The translations under genes were made by a program, and so were the position numbers. Positions 12,389-26,092 of a stretch of DNA of 64,000 nt are shown in pieces. Positions within the stretch are counted from its first letter, which is position 1. Each line of letters opens with the position of its first letter. The notes below the pieces were generated by a model. That model was not told where the DNA came from. It did not search any database and was given only the letters and a program-made list of their open reading frames with translations. Source of the DNA: Squalus acanthias (lineage: Eukaryota); contig CM059432.1 of the NCBI GenBank assembly GCA_030390025.1, positions 101,000,001 to 101,064,000 of the forward strand, written 5' to 3'.

Positions 12389-14067
12389 AATTGAGAAAGG
12401 TAAAAGAAAACAAGGAAAACAAACAAACCCCATGTTAAGCAAAAACATAGATTAATCAGCTAGACTCAAATCATTTTCATCACCAAAATAAAGGCCTTTT
12501 GCTAACTAGTAGGTATGAGTCTAAATGAGCACCCCATACAAAGCTTCACATTTGGCTTTCCTGTCTTACTGTATAAATAAAATTCTCACTTTGTACCATC
12601 TGAGGTTCAACTGATGTTGAAGATTAATTATTAATATTTACTTTTATCAGCAAACGCTCAAGCATTCAATGAACGATGTTCTATCTGGGTAAAAGTTCTT
12701 GCCGTTAACCTGAGGTTGGCAGCATTAGCTGCTGCTTTAAACAAAAGGCCTATTTGAAATGGGCAATGCAACTACCATCGATACAGACATGGACTAGTTT
12801 ACCTACCTGAAACAGTAACTAATAACAAGAGCCTTTCTCGAACCTTTATATCAAGTGGGCTAACTTCACACAGAAATAGAAAAGCATGCTTCAAGGGTAA
12901 AATAAAGTCAAAGTAAACGAGTGCAAGAAATAGACTCAAACAATAGCTGCAGCATTCATTCTAGAAGTAAAATTCTTTGCTAATTATAAAGAATACACCC
13001 CAAAAAAGTTGAAATCTGCCAGAGAACTAATACCTGCAACATCCATAAAACCTCAGAAGTAAAAAAAAAATTAAAAACCAACATACTTCCAGGTGTTATT
13101 CAAACAAAAACTACTCAAACTCATATGTAACCAACATTGCCAGCTGCAAGGTTTTGAGGGATGCATTTTTAACTTGTTCCCTGTCTGTCAACTGCAATTT
13201 CCACACATTAGTAAATGTCACTAATACACCCTAGTTTAAAAAATTGAAGGAGTAGAAAAATAGAGTGCCAACATCAACAAGCTTAAGACATTGGTTTGCC
13301 TGCTTAATAACCATTACTGGACTTCAAAGGTAATTCATTGTAAAGTGTTTTGAGCTGTTATGACAAGATAATTAAGTATTATATAAATGCAAGTATTATA
13401 TTATTGTCCTGGTATTATGTTGTATAATTGCTGCACGTGCTGCTGCTACCTGTGTACTGAAAACCAAAATCATCTCTTCCTGTCATCCCAATTCTGTCTA
13501 AATGCTCAATCTGAACAAGTGTTCGTGATTTGATCTATTCATAACAGGTTTTTTTTAATGGTACAAACACAAGCTCTATATTCCCAAGCCCATGCTGCAA
13601 ACCCAAATGCTATAAAATGAAAACTGCAATTTAGTAATGCCCTCAAGGTGCAATCTCAGATTCCAAAGCAGAATGTCAAAACTGCACAATTTATTTGAAT
13701 TGCACTATGGTAAACTGCCATCTCGCTGGAGCACAAGTAACATGATAATGACAACAAAAAAAACTGGAATAAAAACCATGAACCTGTCAAGGAAAGATTA
13801 TCAAGATCAAATGTTAAGTACAACGGTCTCATATACACAAGTGCAAGGCTGAGTCGTGCTACAATTACATTTGGAGTTTAATGCATTAGTTATGAACTCA
13901 ACAGTACTTCCAGATAATCAATCATAATACTTTGTACTTCTGGCTTGGGAACTGCAGAAAGAGGGACTTCACACAACTGCGTTGTTTATACGCTCATATT
14001 TGCACATCATAATTTGAAGGCCTGTATGTTTTTATTGGGACAGGGGAATGAAATATAACAAGACAAT

Positions 14068-15846
14068 GGGCTGAATTTTGCCGGCACTCAGAGGGCGGGT
14101 TTGGAGGCGGGTCCGCTGTCAAAATAGCAAAGATTGACAGCGGGTAGGAAATCCGCTGTCAACCCGCCTCCACGCGATTCTCCCAGGTGTCGGGTCTGTC
14201 TGCGCTGAACTGACCCGACACCAAGCGGCGGGGGAGACAATTTAGATCATTAAATGGCTTGTTAACAGCCAATTTAATGCAATTTTGAGCCTACCTTGTA
14301 ATTTTATGTGCTCCCCCACGGGTTACCCGCTGCTCGGGGAACACGCCAGCTCACCCTGTTGTGACTTGAGCCTGCTTTGATTTTTCTGATAACCTGACAG
14401 CTGCAGAAGTGGTATAAAGGATACCGTGTTGCAGCTGTTCAATTTCAGAGCTCAGAAACTGTTTGTTACTGCATTTGTAAGACATATAGAGATTTCTTTA
14501 GCTTACAAGTGTTTAGAGCCAACTGTATATCCAGTGGCACCTCATTGGGAGAACCTCGCTCACCATTGACAGATCGCTTCTATCATCTCAACTGCAGCTG
14601 CCATCTATTCCAGCAACATCGGTGCCCTTGAAAAAAATCACAGCTTGGTCCTCTGAAGCCTTCCACGATCAGCCCCAACACTAATATCACCAGGCACACC
14701 AACAACAACAACAACAACCTTCTCCGCCATCACCTGATGCTGCACAGGACACAGGGCATCAGCCCCTGACAACATTGCTGCCCGAGAGACCAGTGATGGC
14801 ATCACCATGGCCAGATTTACTTCAATTGACGCTGTACACCCTGGCTGCCACATGATGTGCCAGGTTGACACCATCCCACACCAGCAACATAAAGCATCCC
14901 TATAATGTCCAAGCCATTCCTTTCACACTCATCGCAATAGCGAGGTGTGGCGGAGGGGGGCGGAATGGGGAGTTATGTCTCAACATTCACTGGAACTCAC
15001 TGAGACACTTCTCAAGGTGCACACAGATCTGTCCAATAAGGTGAAGTGTTGAAAATATAGATTCAATGTATGACAACACATTACCAGAAACTTCACATGG
15101 ATATTGGCTAAACCTCTCAAGTGCCTACCCTTGTGTGTTGTTAGTTGGTATACTTGCAGTAGGGTGAAGGTGAGTGTGAGGGGTGGCTAGTGAGATGGGG
15201 AAGTGATAATGTAGATTGAGAGGGATGGGTGGAGGTGCAAGGTAAGTTGGTGTGAGTGAGGATGTGCAGGAGTAGGGTTTGGAAGGCAGAGTGATGGGAA
15301 TGTGATGAGTGGCACAGCAGGGTGAGTTTGAGTGTGGCTTTGTCTACTGAGATCATTGAAAGGTTGGCGCCCTGCATCCAGGGACTAATGACGACATCCC
15401 TGCTTTTGCCCTCCTGTGCAAACAGGCTGCGTGGGTCTCCTGGGGAGGTGTCTTCCGCCCATGGGAAGGGAAGAGAATCTCCTTGCATGCTGTGACTCCC
15501 TCCATAAGCAAATGGAGGGAGTCATGCGTGGGCCTGGGTGCAGACGTGCACCTTTGAGCAGTGCTTGTCAGTGTTTGCAGCACCTCAATGCTGCAGAACA
15601 CTGATAGCACAACTGCCAAAATCAATGTGGCCGTGGTCCCTTTAAGGAAACCAGCTGATGATGCGTCATCAAATGACGTCATCAGACCCGCTTCCTGTTA
15701 ATTGGCCAGGAACTCCGCAGGACGGACTTAACAAGGCCAATCTACGGAAAATCATTTTCAGAGAGCGGCTGCAGACGGGAGTGGGACCGGAACCTGCCAA
15801 CCAGCTCTCCCGCCGCCATCCCGCCTCCACAGGGAAAATCCAGCCT
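14068..15846 (-). mobile_element. Non-autonomous Harbinger element with Myb/SANT gene remnant
   Basis: TIR gggctgaatttt / aaaatccagcct, AAT TSD; minus-strand APR...LMEGV...EILFPSHGRKTPPQET resembles the Myb exon at 50117. Confidence 0.85.
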
Positions 15847-16469
15847 AATGTATATCTGAAGTACTGGCCGGTATACTAACCAATTCTGAATATCGGCTTG
15901 TAGTTACTCTACTCCCATTTTTAAATTGTTTGAGCAGAGATGTTAGTGGAATCCAAGTACGTGAAAGAGATTATCAATGGAAAAATTAAAATTAAACCTA
16001 ACCTCTAGAAAGTGTATATTTTACCGAGAATAAAGAGCAGTGAAAAAGTTGACATGAGTAAACAGGGGAGTAAGACCAGGAGTTAGGAGAAATGGATCAA
16101 AAGTCCATTTCTAACATTAGTCTGTGATTTGCTATCATTGTTAAAGGGCTGAAAGTTTAAAAAAAATCTATGTTATGGGTTTGTTAAGCACTGGGAAGTC
16201 CTTGTTAAACATTAATGAAGAGAAACTCATGTAGAATCGTGCAAGGGTGGGGAGGGGTTAAGGGAAACTCAGATTTTATGCTTAGATTATTAGAGAATTC
16301 TAAATATCACCACAGCTTAAAATCACACCCGTAGGAACTGTATTTATAATTGGAAAGAAATCATGATCATCCGACTAGCCCTTTTCCCACATCTCGAACT
16401 GTCACATGGAAAAAAAACTGACATTACCGTGTATTTACTGTGTAATGTAGCAAGGGATTCAACCACACC

Positions 16470-17882
16470 ACCACCAACAGCTTGCATTTAAATAGAGCCT
16501 TTAATGTAGACAAATATCCCAAAGTGCTTCACAGAGGCACAATCACAACTGGGCACTGGGCCAAAGAAGGAGATATAATGGCGGGGCAAAGGGAGTTAAG
16601 GATGCATGAGAGGCCAAAGTTAAATGAATGAGAATTTGAGGAGAGTAGTAGGGCTGGAGGAGGCTACAGAGATAGGTATAGGTGAGGCCATGAAGGGATT
16701 TAAATAGGAGGCTGAAAATTTTAATTTTGAGGTGTTGTGGGGGGAGGGGGGTGTTGGGTGGAGAGAGCTAATGTACATCCGTGAGACAGGTCGCCTGAGG
16801 AAGAGAGTGTTTGAAGACCAGGACCTCAAACCCGGCACTAAGCTCATGGTCTGCAGAGCAGCAGTGATACCCGCCCTGCTGTATGCCTCAGAGACATGGA
16901 CCATGTACAACAGGCACCTCAAAGCACTGGAGAGGTACCACCAACGCTGCCTCCGCAAGATCCTGCAAATCCATTGGCAGGATAGGCGCACCAACATCAG
17001 TGTTCTCGCTCAGGCCAACATCCCCAGCATCGAAGCTTTGACCACGCTCGATCAGCTCCGATGGACGGGTCACATTGTCCGCATGCCCGATACGAGACTC
17101 CCAAAACAAGCGCTCTACTCGGAGCTCCGGCATGGCAAGAGAGCCCCAGGTGGGCAGAGGAAACACTTCAAGGACACCCTCAAAGCCTCCTTGAAAAAGT
17201 GCAACATCCCCACTGACACCTGGGAATCCCTGGTCCAAGACCGCACAAAGTGGAGGAGAAGCATCCGGGAAGGCGTCGAACACCTCGAGTCTCTTTGCTG
17301 GGAGCAAGCGGAAGGAGCGCACGTCAACCCAAGCACCCCACCCACCATCCCCTTCAACCACTGTCTGCCCCACCTGTGACAGAGACTGTAGGTCCCGCAT
17401 TGGACTCATCAGTCACCTGAGAACCCATTTTTAATGTGGAAGCAAGTCATCCTCGGTTCCGAGGGACTGCCTAAGAAGAGAGAAAGAAGACATCAGTGAG
17501 ACAGGGGTGATGGATGTGCAAGACTTGTTGAGGGATAGGAGATGGCAGCAGAGCTTTGGATGAGCTGAAGTTTATGGAGGATGGAAGGCCGGCCAGAGAA
17601 TTTGGAATAGTCGAGCATGGAGGTAACAAAAGTATAGATGAATGTTTCAGTGGCAGAGTGGTTGAGGTAGAGGTGGGCAATGTTACGGAGATGGAAGTAG
17701 GCAGTCTATGTGATGGAGAGGATATGGGGTTGGAACTCAGCTGAGGGTTGAATAGGATTTCAAGGTTACGGATAATCTGATTGAACATTAGACAGTGACC
17801 GGGAAGAGGGATGGAATCAGTGACAAGGGAACAGAGTTTTGGTGAAGACCAAAGATAATGGCTTCAGTCTTCCCAACATTTA
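16470..17882 (-). mobile_element. L2 LINE fragment interrupted by an RTE insertion
   Basis: cttgcatttaaatagagcc tail; ggaggtaacaaa...gaatgtttcag body homologous to 22246-22925. Confidence 0.8.
16791..17489 (+). mobile_element. RTE (BovB-clade-like) LINE, 5'-truncated
   Basis: ORF RLRKRVF...ALLYASETWT...QRCLRKILQIHWQD...LRWTGHIVRM; 16-bp TSD acatc(c/a)gtgagacagg at 16775-16790 and 17490-17505; (aga)-rich tail. Confidence 0.92.
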
Positions 17883-17885
17883 GTT

Positions 17886-18070
17886 ACAACAACAACTTGC
17901 ATTTATACAGTGCAATTAACGGAGAAAAATGTCCCAAGGTGCTTCACAGAAGCATAATCAGACAAAAGTGGATGCAGAGTCCAAGAAGGAGGCATTAAGA
18001 GCACGACTAAAAGCTTGATCAAATGGGTTTTTAAGGAAGGTCTTAAACGAGGAGAGGGAGATGGAGAAGT
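17886..18070 (-). mobile_element. L2 3' tail fragment
   Basis: acaacaacaacttgcatttata...gtgcttcacag. Confidence 0.75.
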
Positions 18071-18577
18071 GGATATTATAGAATTTTTCTCTTGAAATGT
18101 TCCTAATGGAGCAACAGCATAAAGTGCTCTGGTTCTGAGTATCAGCATGAATGGTAAGGACTCTGGTAATTGGTCATTGTTGCGCCCGTTTTCCGGATGA
18201 GAAATGGCGGCAAAAATGATCAATTTTGCAGGGCTATTCATTGCACCCCAAGGATGCCAGAAAAACATCCAAGGCCATACTGACATTGGACGATTTTCAG
18301 ACATCTGGGGCAGTTGTCTAAAGCAGGCGTTCGGCTTTTTGCATATGCTAATGAATATGCTACTGAGGGGCCTACTGCCTGTTTTAGGACCTCTCTGAGA
18401 AATCTGGCTGCTCCATTCGGGCTTCCTAGCGTGGACATGCCTCGGAACCGGTTGCCACCAAAAGAGTAAGCTTTCATTTTTTTTTTAATTCACATGGAAC
18501 CAGGAGGAGCAGGAGTGCTGGACATTTTAATGAATGGCAATTCTACGAATGGGGAACTGAACTATATTTTTTTTAGA

Positions 18578-19075
18578 TTCATTCATGGGGGTGTGGGTGT
18601 CCATGGCAAGGCCAGCATTTATTGCCCATCCTTAATTGCCCTTGAGAAGGTGGTGGTGAGCCTCCTTCTTGAACCGCTGCAGTCATGCGCAGAAGGAACT
18701 CCCATAGTGCTGCTAGGTCGGGAGTTCCAGGATTTTGACTCAGCGGTGATGAACGAATGGCAATATACTTCCAAGTCAGGATGGTGTGTGACTTGGAGGG
18801 GAACTTGGAGGTGGTGGTATTCCCATGCACCTGCTGCCCTTGTTCTTCTAGGTGGTAGAGGTCGCAGGTTTGGGAGGTGCTGCCGAAGAAGCGTTGGCAT
18901 GTTTCTGCAGTGCATCTTGGAGATGGTACACACTGCACCGATGGTGGAGGGAGTGAATGTTTAAGGTGGTGGATGGGGTGCCAATTAAGCGGGCTGCTTT
19001 GTTTTGGATGTTGTCGAGCTTCTTCAGTGTTATTGGAGCTGCACTCATCCAGGCAAGGAGAGAGTATGCCATCAC
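18578..19075 (-). mobile_element. Zenon-like LINE 3' fragment
   Basis: ORF YSLLAWMSAAPITLKKLDNIQNKAARLIG; homologous to 8340-8840. Confidence 0.85.
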
Positions 19076-19412
19076 ATGGGCGGGATACCAGCCATAGTGC
19101 TAAGTGAAACACAGCAATCAATGTGCTATTTGTAAAATCAATTACTATATCTGAATTCCAAAGTAATTGTACATTTAAAAAATTTTCCCAAGAAATTTTT
19201 TTCCTGATTGATAAATATCCGACAGAGTAACTGATTCTAATATTTCCTTCATTTTTTTTCATTGAGCATAATTAGTAACAGTTCCTTTAAACCAAGTTCT
19301 GAAAACGTAACTGGAAGACACATCTGCAGCAAAGAGAATACAGTTGAATTGAATAGTTCCTATTAGATTATAAACTCACACCTGGACCTGGCCGTGTGTA
19401 TATAAGCTCTGA

Positions 19413-20271
19413 GGGCTGGATTTTACCAGCCCTGAGGAGGCAGGTTTGGAGGCGGGACTGCTGGGAAAGTCAAATAAAGAATGTGAGTGGGTCCCGAACC
19501 CGCTCCCAACCCACCTCCAACTAATCTTCCTGGGAGTCGGGTCCCCTGATTTGCGCAGGGACCCAACTTCTAGTGGCGGGAAGTGGATTATAGCCACTTA
19601 ACTGCCTGTTAACAGGCAGTTAAGAGGCTTTTCCCAATTTTTCGACTGCTGCTGCGGGCTTCCTGACGTCGGGGAATCTCGCCAGGGTAAGTGAGGCGTG
19701 CTGTGGGTCTGTTGTTATGTTGGTGTATACATGACAGCTGCAGAAGTGGTGTGAAGGATGCAATGGGACAATGGTTAGTATCAGATATAAGGAAATGTTG
19801 GGAAAGTCATTTTTAATGTGGTTAGATGTTTCTGCAGATGACAAGCTGTGAAGTGTTTGTGTAGCCTCATCTCATCGGGAGAAGTGACAGATGGCTTCTG
19901 CAATCTCAGCTGCAGCTGCCATCTGTTTTATCCTAAGGAGAGAGTAATTGGAGAGCCTGGGTACAAGGGCTCACCTGTGTACAGTGATTGTCAGTGTTTG
20001 ACAGCACCTCAATGCTGTCGAACACTGACAATTCATCTGTCAAACAAGTGTGGTGCATATGCCTTTAAGAAAACCGACAGATGACGCGTCATCAACTGAC
20101 GTCATCTGACACTGGCTTTCCCTTAATTGGCTGGCAAGCTCACAGGGCAGGCTTAACAAGGCCAATCAGGGCAAAATAGCGTCTGTTCGTCAGATGTCGC
20201 TGTGGGCGGGACTAGAACCTGGAAGGCAGCAGTCCCGCCCCCAACTCATCTCGGTAAGTAAAATCCAGCCC
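19413..20271. mobile_element. Non-autonomous Harbinger element related to 14068-15846
   Basis: Perfect 14-bp TIR gggctggattttac/gtaaaatccagccc; shares ttgtcagtgtt...cagcacctcaatgctg and tgacgtcatc blocks. Confidence 0.8.
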
Positions 20272-20891
20272 ACAGTGTCAAATGCTGAACATTATCTCAA
20301 AATGTCAAGCTTTTCAGATACCTGCAGTGCTCTGTGCTTCCAGGTTGTGAGATGCAGCAACATTTTTTATTTCAAGTTTAATTTGACTCTAATATGAAAT
20401 ATTTAATTATATTTTGCATATAAAGGATTGATTGTGTCTAGTATCCGTGTTTAAATAAAGCTAATGTAAAGGATCCATCATAGTTTAAATCGGAGATCAG
20501 ATTGCTAGCCTGCTCATTCCAACTTAACTCAAAAAGGTTGTTAGCAAATCCTGTAATTACTCAAAATACCAACAGCATCCAAAAGGGCATACAAGTAGAG
20601 AAAAGTGTCCTGGAGAACCTTTCTTGTTCCTGTCACTTTCTGTTTTATTCTGATTACTTTATTTGCTGTTATCATCATTGTTGCTTACTGCACGCAATTT
20701 GTATTCTGTGTTGTTGTTTCATTCCAAATGTATGATTTGAAGCTTTTCAGAAAGCTAATATGGAATTTAACTTCCACTCCTCGTTTGGTCAACTGTGAAT
20801 GTTTACACAGCAAAGGGAACTGAAGTGTGGCTATTTCATTTTTATAGAGCTATTATTGCTCACTCCGCAGCTAAATCCCAAAACTTTTCCA

Positions 20892-21370
20892 AAAGCAAAA
20901 TACTGCGGATGCTAGAAATCTGAAATAAAAACAGTAAGTGCTGGAAACACTCAGCAGGTCAGGCAGCATCTGAAGAGGGAAACAGAGTTAACGTTTCAGG
21001 TTGATGACCTTTTGTCAGAACTGGAAAGGTTAGAGATATAACAAGGTTTTAAGCAAGTGCAAAGGGGGAGGGGAGGAATGAACAAAAGGGAAGGTCTGTG
21101 ATAGGATGGAAGGCAGGAGTGATGAAATGACAAAAGGTACGATTGTACAAGGCAAAAGGAGATGGTAATGGGACAAGTAAAGAAACAAAAGATGGGTCTA
21201 GAAGAGGTGTAAATGGGAATAGCAGAATCATCAACAGCTGCCGTCTGAAAAAATGGGGGCAGAGGTTATGATCTGAAATTGTTGAACTCGATGTTGAGTC
21301 CAGAAGGCTGTAAAGTGCCTAATCAAAAGATGAGGTGTTGTTCCTCGAGCTTACATTGAGCTTCATCAAA
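20892..21370 (-). mobile_element. Penelope-like element fragment with degenerate hammerhead motif
   Basis: aaaatactgcggatgctagaaatctgaaataaaaacag terminus; minus strand GUUCUGACAAAAGGUCAUCAACCUGAAACGUUAAC at 20987-21021. Confidence 0.75.
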
Positions 21371-21589
21371 ACTTTTCAATGTTTCTACAGCTCAGGTGGC
21401 AATTTAGCCGCCTCAAAGGTGTGAAAGCAGCATTATTTCAGGTGCATCGTGATTGGATGGTTTTCAGTAATTCCCATTTTCAAATTTGCATTGGACAAAA
21501 CCAACTGATGTCGAAATAGGACTATCTGCTATTTTGATTGACAGCCATTAAACCTGGTCACAAATAGAGTAATGAATTCTTTGAGGAAC

Positions 21590-21960
21590 CTGTAGCCTTA
21601 GTTGAGTAATTTCCCTTTCTTCTTTGTTCTCAGGCCTCCTGCACATAACCATGGGATACTTGTATCAAAGATTGTCTTTTCTGGAGCCTGGCTGATCAGT
21701 CTGTCTGAAATTGCCTGGTCTAACAGTTGTTCTGGAGAATAAAATTACCCTGTTACATTCCAATTCTTTGGAAGAAGATAAATTAAGGCAATAATGTTTA
21801 GTAAATCTGTTGCTGTTACTCCAAGTGGCAATTTCATATATGTCTAAAGGCAGATTGCTTTGAAGCTCGTCCAAATGGTAGCCATCGTCTTGGGGAAGTA
21901 TCCCAAGAGGACCCCATGATATAACTGTATCCCCTATTGATAAAAATGGGGAATACATTC
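21590..21960 (-). mobile_element. DIRS-like tyrosine-recombinase retrotransposon relic (YR C-terminus and 3' region)
   Basis: Peptide LPLDIYEIATWSNSNRFTKHYCLN resembles the DIRS YR end motif ICxAATWSSxxTFTKHYxLD. Confidence 0.55.
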
Positions 21961-22245
21961 TTTGATCCATCTGGCTGTTGTCTCTGGAAATTTATCAGTG
22001 GAGGGTAGATTCCCTTTAGGAAACAAACACCAATCTCCCTGTCATGTTAAATTTCTGGGATGAAACAGTGAGATGAATTTTTGTTGTTTGTATCACATCT
22101 GTTCACCTAACCCCTAAAACCAAGTCTTTAATTCTAAAATTGCAACATAAATCACATCACTGGTATTTTAAATAAAAACAGCTGAGAGAGATACAATTTT
22201 GCCTTTTAATGAAACAGGAAGAAATGCATGTCTCGTTCTAATGTA

Positions 22246-22925
22246 ACAACAACTTGCATTTATATAGCGCCGTTAATGTAGTAAAACGTCCTAATGCGCT
22301 TTACATAAGCATTATCAGAAAAATTTGACACCAAGCCACATAAGGAGATATTAGGGCAGGTGACCAAAAGCTTGATCGAAAAGGTAAACTTTAAGGAGCG
22401 TCTTAAAGGAGGAGAAAGAGGTAGAGAGATGGAGAGGTTTAGGGAGGGAATTCCAGAGCTTAGGGCCTAGGCAACAGAAAGCACGTATGCCAATGCTGGA
22501 GCAACGAAAATTGGGGATGTGCACCAGACCAGAATTGGAGGAAATCAGAGATCTCAGAGGATTGTAGGGCTGGAGGAGGTTACAGAGATAGGGAGGGGTG
22601 AGGCCATGGAGGGATTTGAACACAAGGATGAGAATTTTAAAACTGAGGCATTGCCGGATCGGAAGGCAATGTAGGTCAGCGATCACAAGGGTGATGGGTG
22701 AACGGGACTCGGTGGGAGTTAGGATACGGGCAGCAGCCTTTTGGACGAGCTCAAGTTTATGGAGGGTGGAAGATAGGAGACCGACCAGAAGTACATTAGA
22801 ATAGTCGTGTCTAGAGGTAACAAAGACATGGATGAGGGTTTCAGCAGCAGATGAGCTAAGGCTGGGCGGAGCCGGGAAGTGGAAGTCGGTGGTCTTGGTG
22901 ATGCAAAGGATATAGGGCCAGAAGT
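22246..22925 (-). mobile_element. L2 LINE 3' end (ORF2 C-terminus)
   Basis: ORF AETLIHVFVTSRHDYSNVLL...KLELVQKAAARILT...LWNSLP...FKTLLK. Confidence 0.92.
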
Positions 22926-23108
22926 TCATACTCAGTATCAGTACTGTGTTTAATAACTGGGTTGTGTCCCTATGGAAAGAAATTGTAGCTCTACATTAGG
23001 TAAATGGAAACACTACCTGTATGATTTTCTCAGTTGCTTGGTTTGGAGATTCATGCAAAGTGAAACATCACGGTAAGGTGCAGTTTTGAAATGTACGACT
23101 TGAAAAAA

Positions 23109-23542
23109 AACTTGAATTTATATCGCGCTTTTCACGACCACCGGACGCCCCAATGTGCTTTACAGCCAATGAAGTACTTTTTGAAGTGCAGTCACTGTTG
23201 TAATATAGGAAATGTGGCAGCCAATTTGCACACAGCAAAATCCCACAAACAGCAATGTGATAATGACCAGATAATCTGTTTTTTAGTGATTTTGATTGAG
23301 GGATAAATATTGGCCAGGACACCAGGGATAACTCTCCTGCTCTTCTTCAAAATAGTGCCATAGGATCTTTTACATCAACCTGAGAGAGCAGATGGGGCCT
23401 CAGTTTAACGTCTCATCTGAAAGACGGCACCTCCGACAGTGCAGCACTCCCTCGGTGCTCCTCAAATCTCTGGATTGGTACTTGAACCCACAACCTTCTG
23501 ACTCAGAGGCGAAGGTGCTACCAACTGAGACACAGCTGACAC
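23109..23542 (-). mobile_element. DeuSINE (SacSINE1/AmnSINE-type) full-length copy
   Basis: tRNA-like head at 23480-23542, Deu-domain-like aatattggccaggacacc...cttcttcaaaatagtgccat, L2-like tail. Confidence 0.8.
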
Positions 23543-23877
23543 TGTTGTGTTGCACATCCTGGAGAGGTAATGGTTAATAATCAACTTTCCTTGTATGTTG
23601 GGGCAACAGGCTTTCCTAGATAAACAGGATACCAGTGGGCTAACACAGAAGAAAGCATGGCTTATCTACTGCTCCAAATGTCTACAGGAAATGCTTGTGC
23701 AAGGAAATAAGTGACTGGGACGACATCGAGCATTAATTGGCAGAAACAGAGTTGCACAAAGTTGGCAGAAACGGAGTGCAGCATTAACAGAGTGTAAAAG
23801 TTAGGAATTTGGTGCAGAAGGGGAAGGAGGTGTTGCTTTTTGCCTCCAATACAGGTGTTACAGGTAAATGTTGGTGC

Positions 23878-24750
23878 ATTGGTTGAGCATTGGTGAGCAG
23901 GATCTTGGTGAATAAGTGCCACTGTATAGCACTGTCGACGATACCATCCATCACTTTACTGATGATTGAGAGTAGACTGATCGGGCGGTAATTGGCCGGA
24001 TTGGATTTGTCCTGCTTTTTGTGCACAGGACATACCTGGGCAATTTTTCACTTTGTCGGGTAGATGCCCGTGTTGTAGCTGTACTGGAACAGCTTGGCTA
24101 GAGATGCGGTTGTTCTGGAGCACAAGTCTTCAGCACGACAGCCGGGATGTTGTCGGGGCCCATAGCCTTTGCTGTATCCAGTGTGCTCAGCCGTTTCTTG
24201 ATATCACGTGGAGTGAATCAAATTGGCTCAAGACTGGTTTCTGTGATGGTCGGGACCTCTGGAGGAGGCCGAGATGGATCATCCACTCGGCACTTCTGGC
24301 TGAAGATGGTTGCAAATGCTTGAGCCTTGTCTTTTGCACTCACGTGCTGGGCTTCGCCATCATTGAGGATGGGGATGTTCATGGAGCCTTCTCTCGTTAG
24401 TTATTTTATAGTCCACCACCATTTACAACTGGATGTGGCAGGACCGCAGAGCTTTGATCTGTTGGTTGTGGGATCATTTACCCCTGTCAATAGCATGCTG
24501 CTTCTGCTGGTTAGCATGTTTTGCAACTTCCCCAGGTTGGCACCTCATTCTTAGGTACGCCTGGTGCTGCTCCTGGCATGCTCTTCTACACTCCTCATTG
24601 AACCAGGGTTGGTCCCCTAGCTTGATGGAAATGGTAGAGTGAGGGATATGCCAGGCCATGAGGTTACAGATTGTGGTGGAATACAATTCAGCTGATGGCC
24701 CACAGTGCTTCACGGATGCCCAGTTTTGAGCTGCTAGAACGGTTCTGAAT
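23878..24750 (-). mobile_element. Zenon-like LINE internal fragment
   Basis: HKKQDKSNPANYRPISLLSIISKVM; GDQPWFNEECRRACQEQHQAYL. Confidence 0.85.
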
Positions 24751-24759
24751 CAATTAGAG

Positions 24760-24996
24760 AGTAGTGAATCTTTGGAATTCTGTACCCCAGATGGCTGTGG
24801 ATACTCAGATGTTGAGTATATTTAAGACAGAGATTGACCGATTTTTGGATACTAAGGGAACCAAGGAATAGGGGGATAGTGCGGTAAGGTGGAGTTGAGG
24901 TCGAAGATCAGCCATGATCTTACTGAATGGCGGAGCAGACTCGAAGGGCCGAATGGCCTATTTCTGTTCCTATTTTTTATGTTCTGTGTTCTTATG
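24760..24996 (+). mobile_element. CR1 3' end
   Basis: gtgaatctttggaattct...gatcagccatgatctt...ttcttatg. Confidence 0.88.
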
Positions 24997-25071
24997 AGTA
25001 ATTAGAGTATAACTTTAGTGGTTAGGTAATAAACATAGGCAGAGGGGTCAATTAACTATAGTAAAGAAAGT

Positions 25072-25797
25072 GTCCCAGAAATTCCGATCGCAGGCCTCCC
25101 GCGGGCGGAGGGCTGCGATCTGGAAAAATCTGCGCCAAGACCGGAGGGCTCCCGGGAGGCCTCTCCAAACTGGCGGTGTGCAGGGCCCACGTATCCCAGA
25201 GGCGCAGGCTGTTTCGCAGCGTCCCTGGGATCACGTGGGCCATGGGGAGCCAATCAAAGAAGGGAATCTCCCTTCATACATTTGACATGAAGACCTGTCA
25301 AATATATGAATAGAGATCACCCCCAAAACATAGTAAAACTTAAAAAGTTTTTTTTTTAATCACATTTTTAAAATGACTTTAAATTACAATAAATTAAGTA
25401 TTTTAAACAAAAATTTTATTTTTTGAAAAAAATAATTAAAGTTTTTAACGGGGCTAAAAATAAACTTACCTTTCTTTAAAGTATTTTTAAATGATAAATC
25501 AGTGGAAAAATATTTTTTTTTACTTTTTTCAACTCTTATCCTGGTAAAAGCAGGCCTTACGCCTGCTTTTACCAGGCGCAAGAATTGTAAGTGTTTTCTG
25601 CGGGCGGAGGGTCTCCAAAAAACGGAACTCTCCACCCGCAGAGGCCCTTCTCCCGGGCAGCCGGAGGATCTGTCAAGAGCTTTCTTGACAGATCGGAAAT
25701 GCCGGTTTCCAGCGCATGCGCAGTGCATGCCTGAAACCGGCATTTCCGATGTCCCTAAGGGTGAGTACACACCCGTAGGGATCGGAATTTCTGCACG
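25072..25797. mobile_element. Harbinger-type MITE
   Basis: TIR cagaaattccgatc/gatcggaatttctg; inverted relative of 57484-58244. Confidence 0.75.
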
Positions 25798-26007
25798 TTT
25801 AGGAAGATAAGCTGATATTAAAAGTTTTCCTCGAAGGATTCAAGAAAAGATAGCTCAGGTAATCTTGTTTGACAGAAGTATCTTTGGAGTAAACAAGCAA
25901 GTGTATTTATATAAATAGACTGTTTTCAAAGAATTCAAGAACAGATAAATCATGAGGTCTTATCTGTGACATGTACCTTTGATACAGACAAACTAAAGTA
26001 TATAATG

Positions 26008-26092
26008 GAGATGCTGCCTGACCTGCTGAGTACTTCCAGCGTTTTCTGTTTATATTTCAGATTTCTAGCATCTGCAGTATTTTGCCTTTTGC
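26008..26092 (+). mobile_element. Penelope-like terminal fragment
   Basis: Reverse complement of ~20892-20971. Confidence 0.75.
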
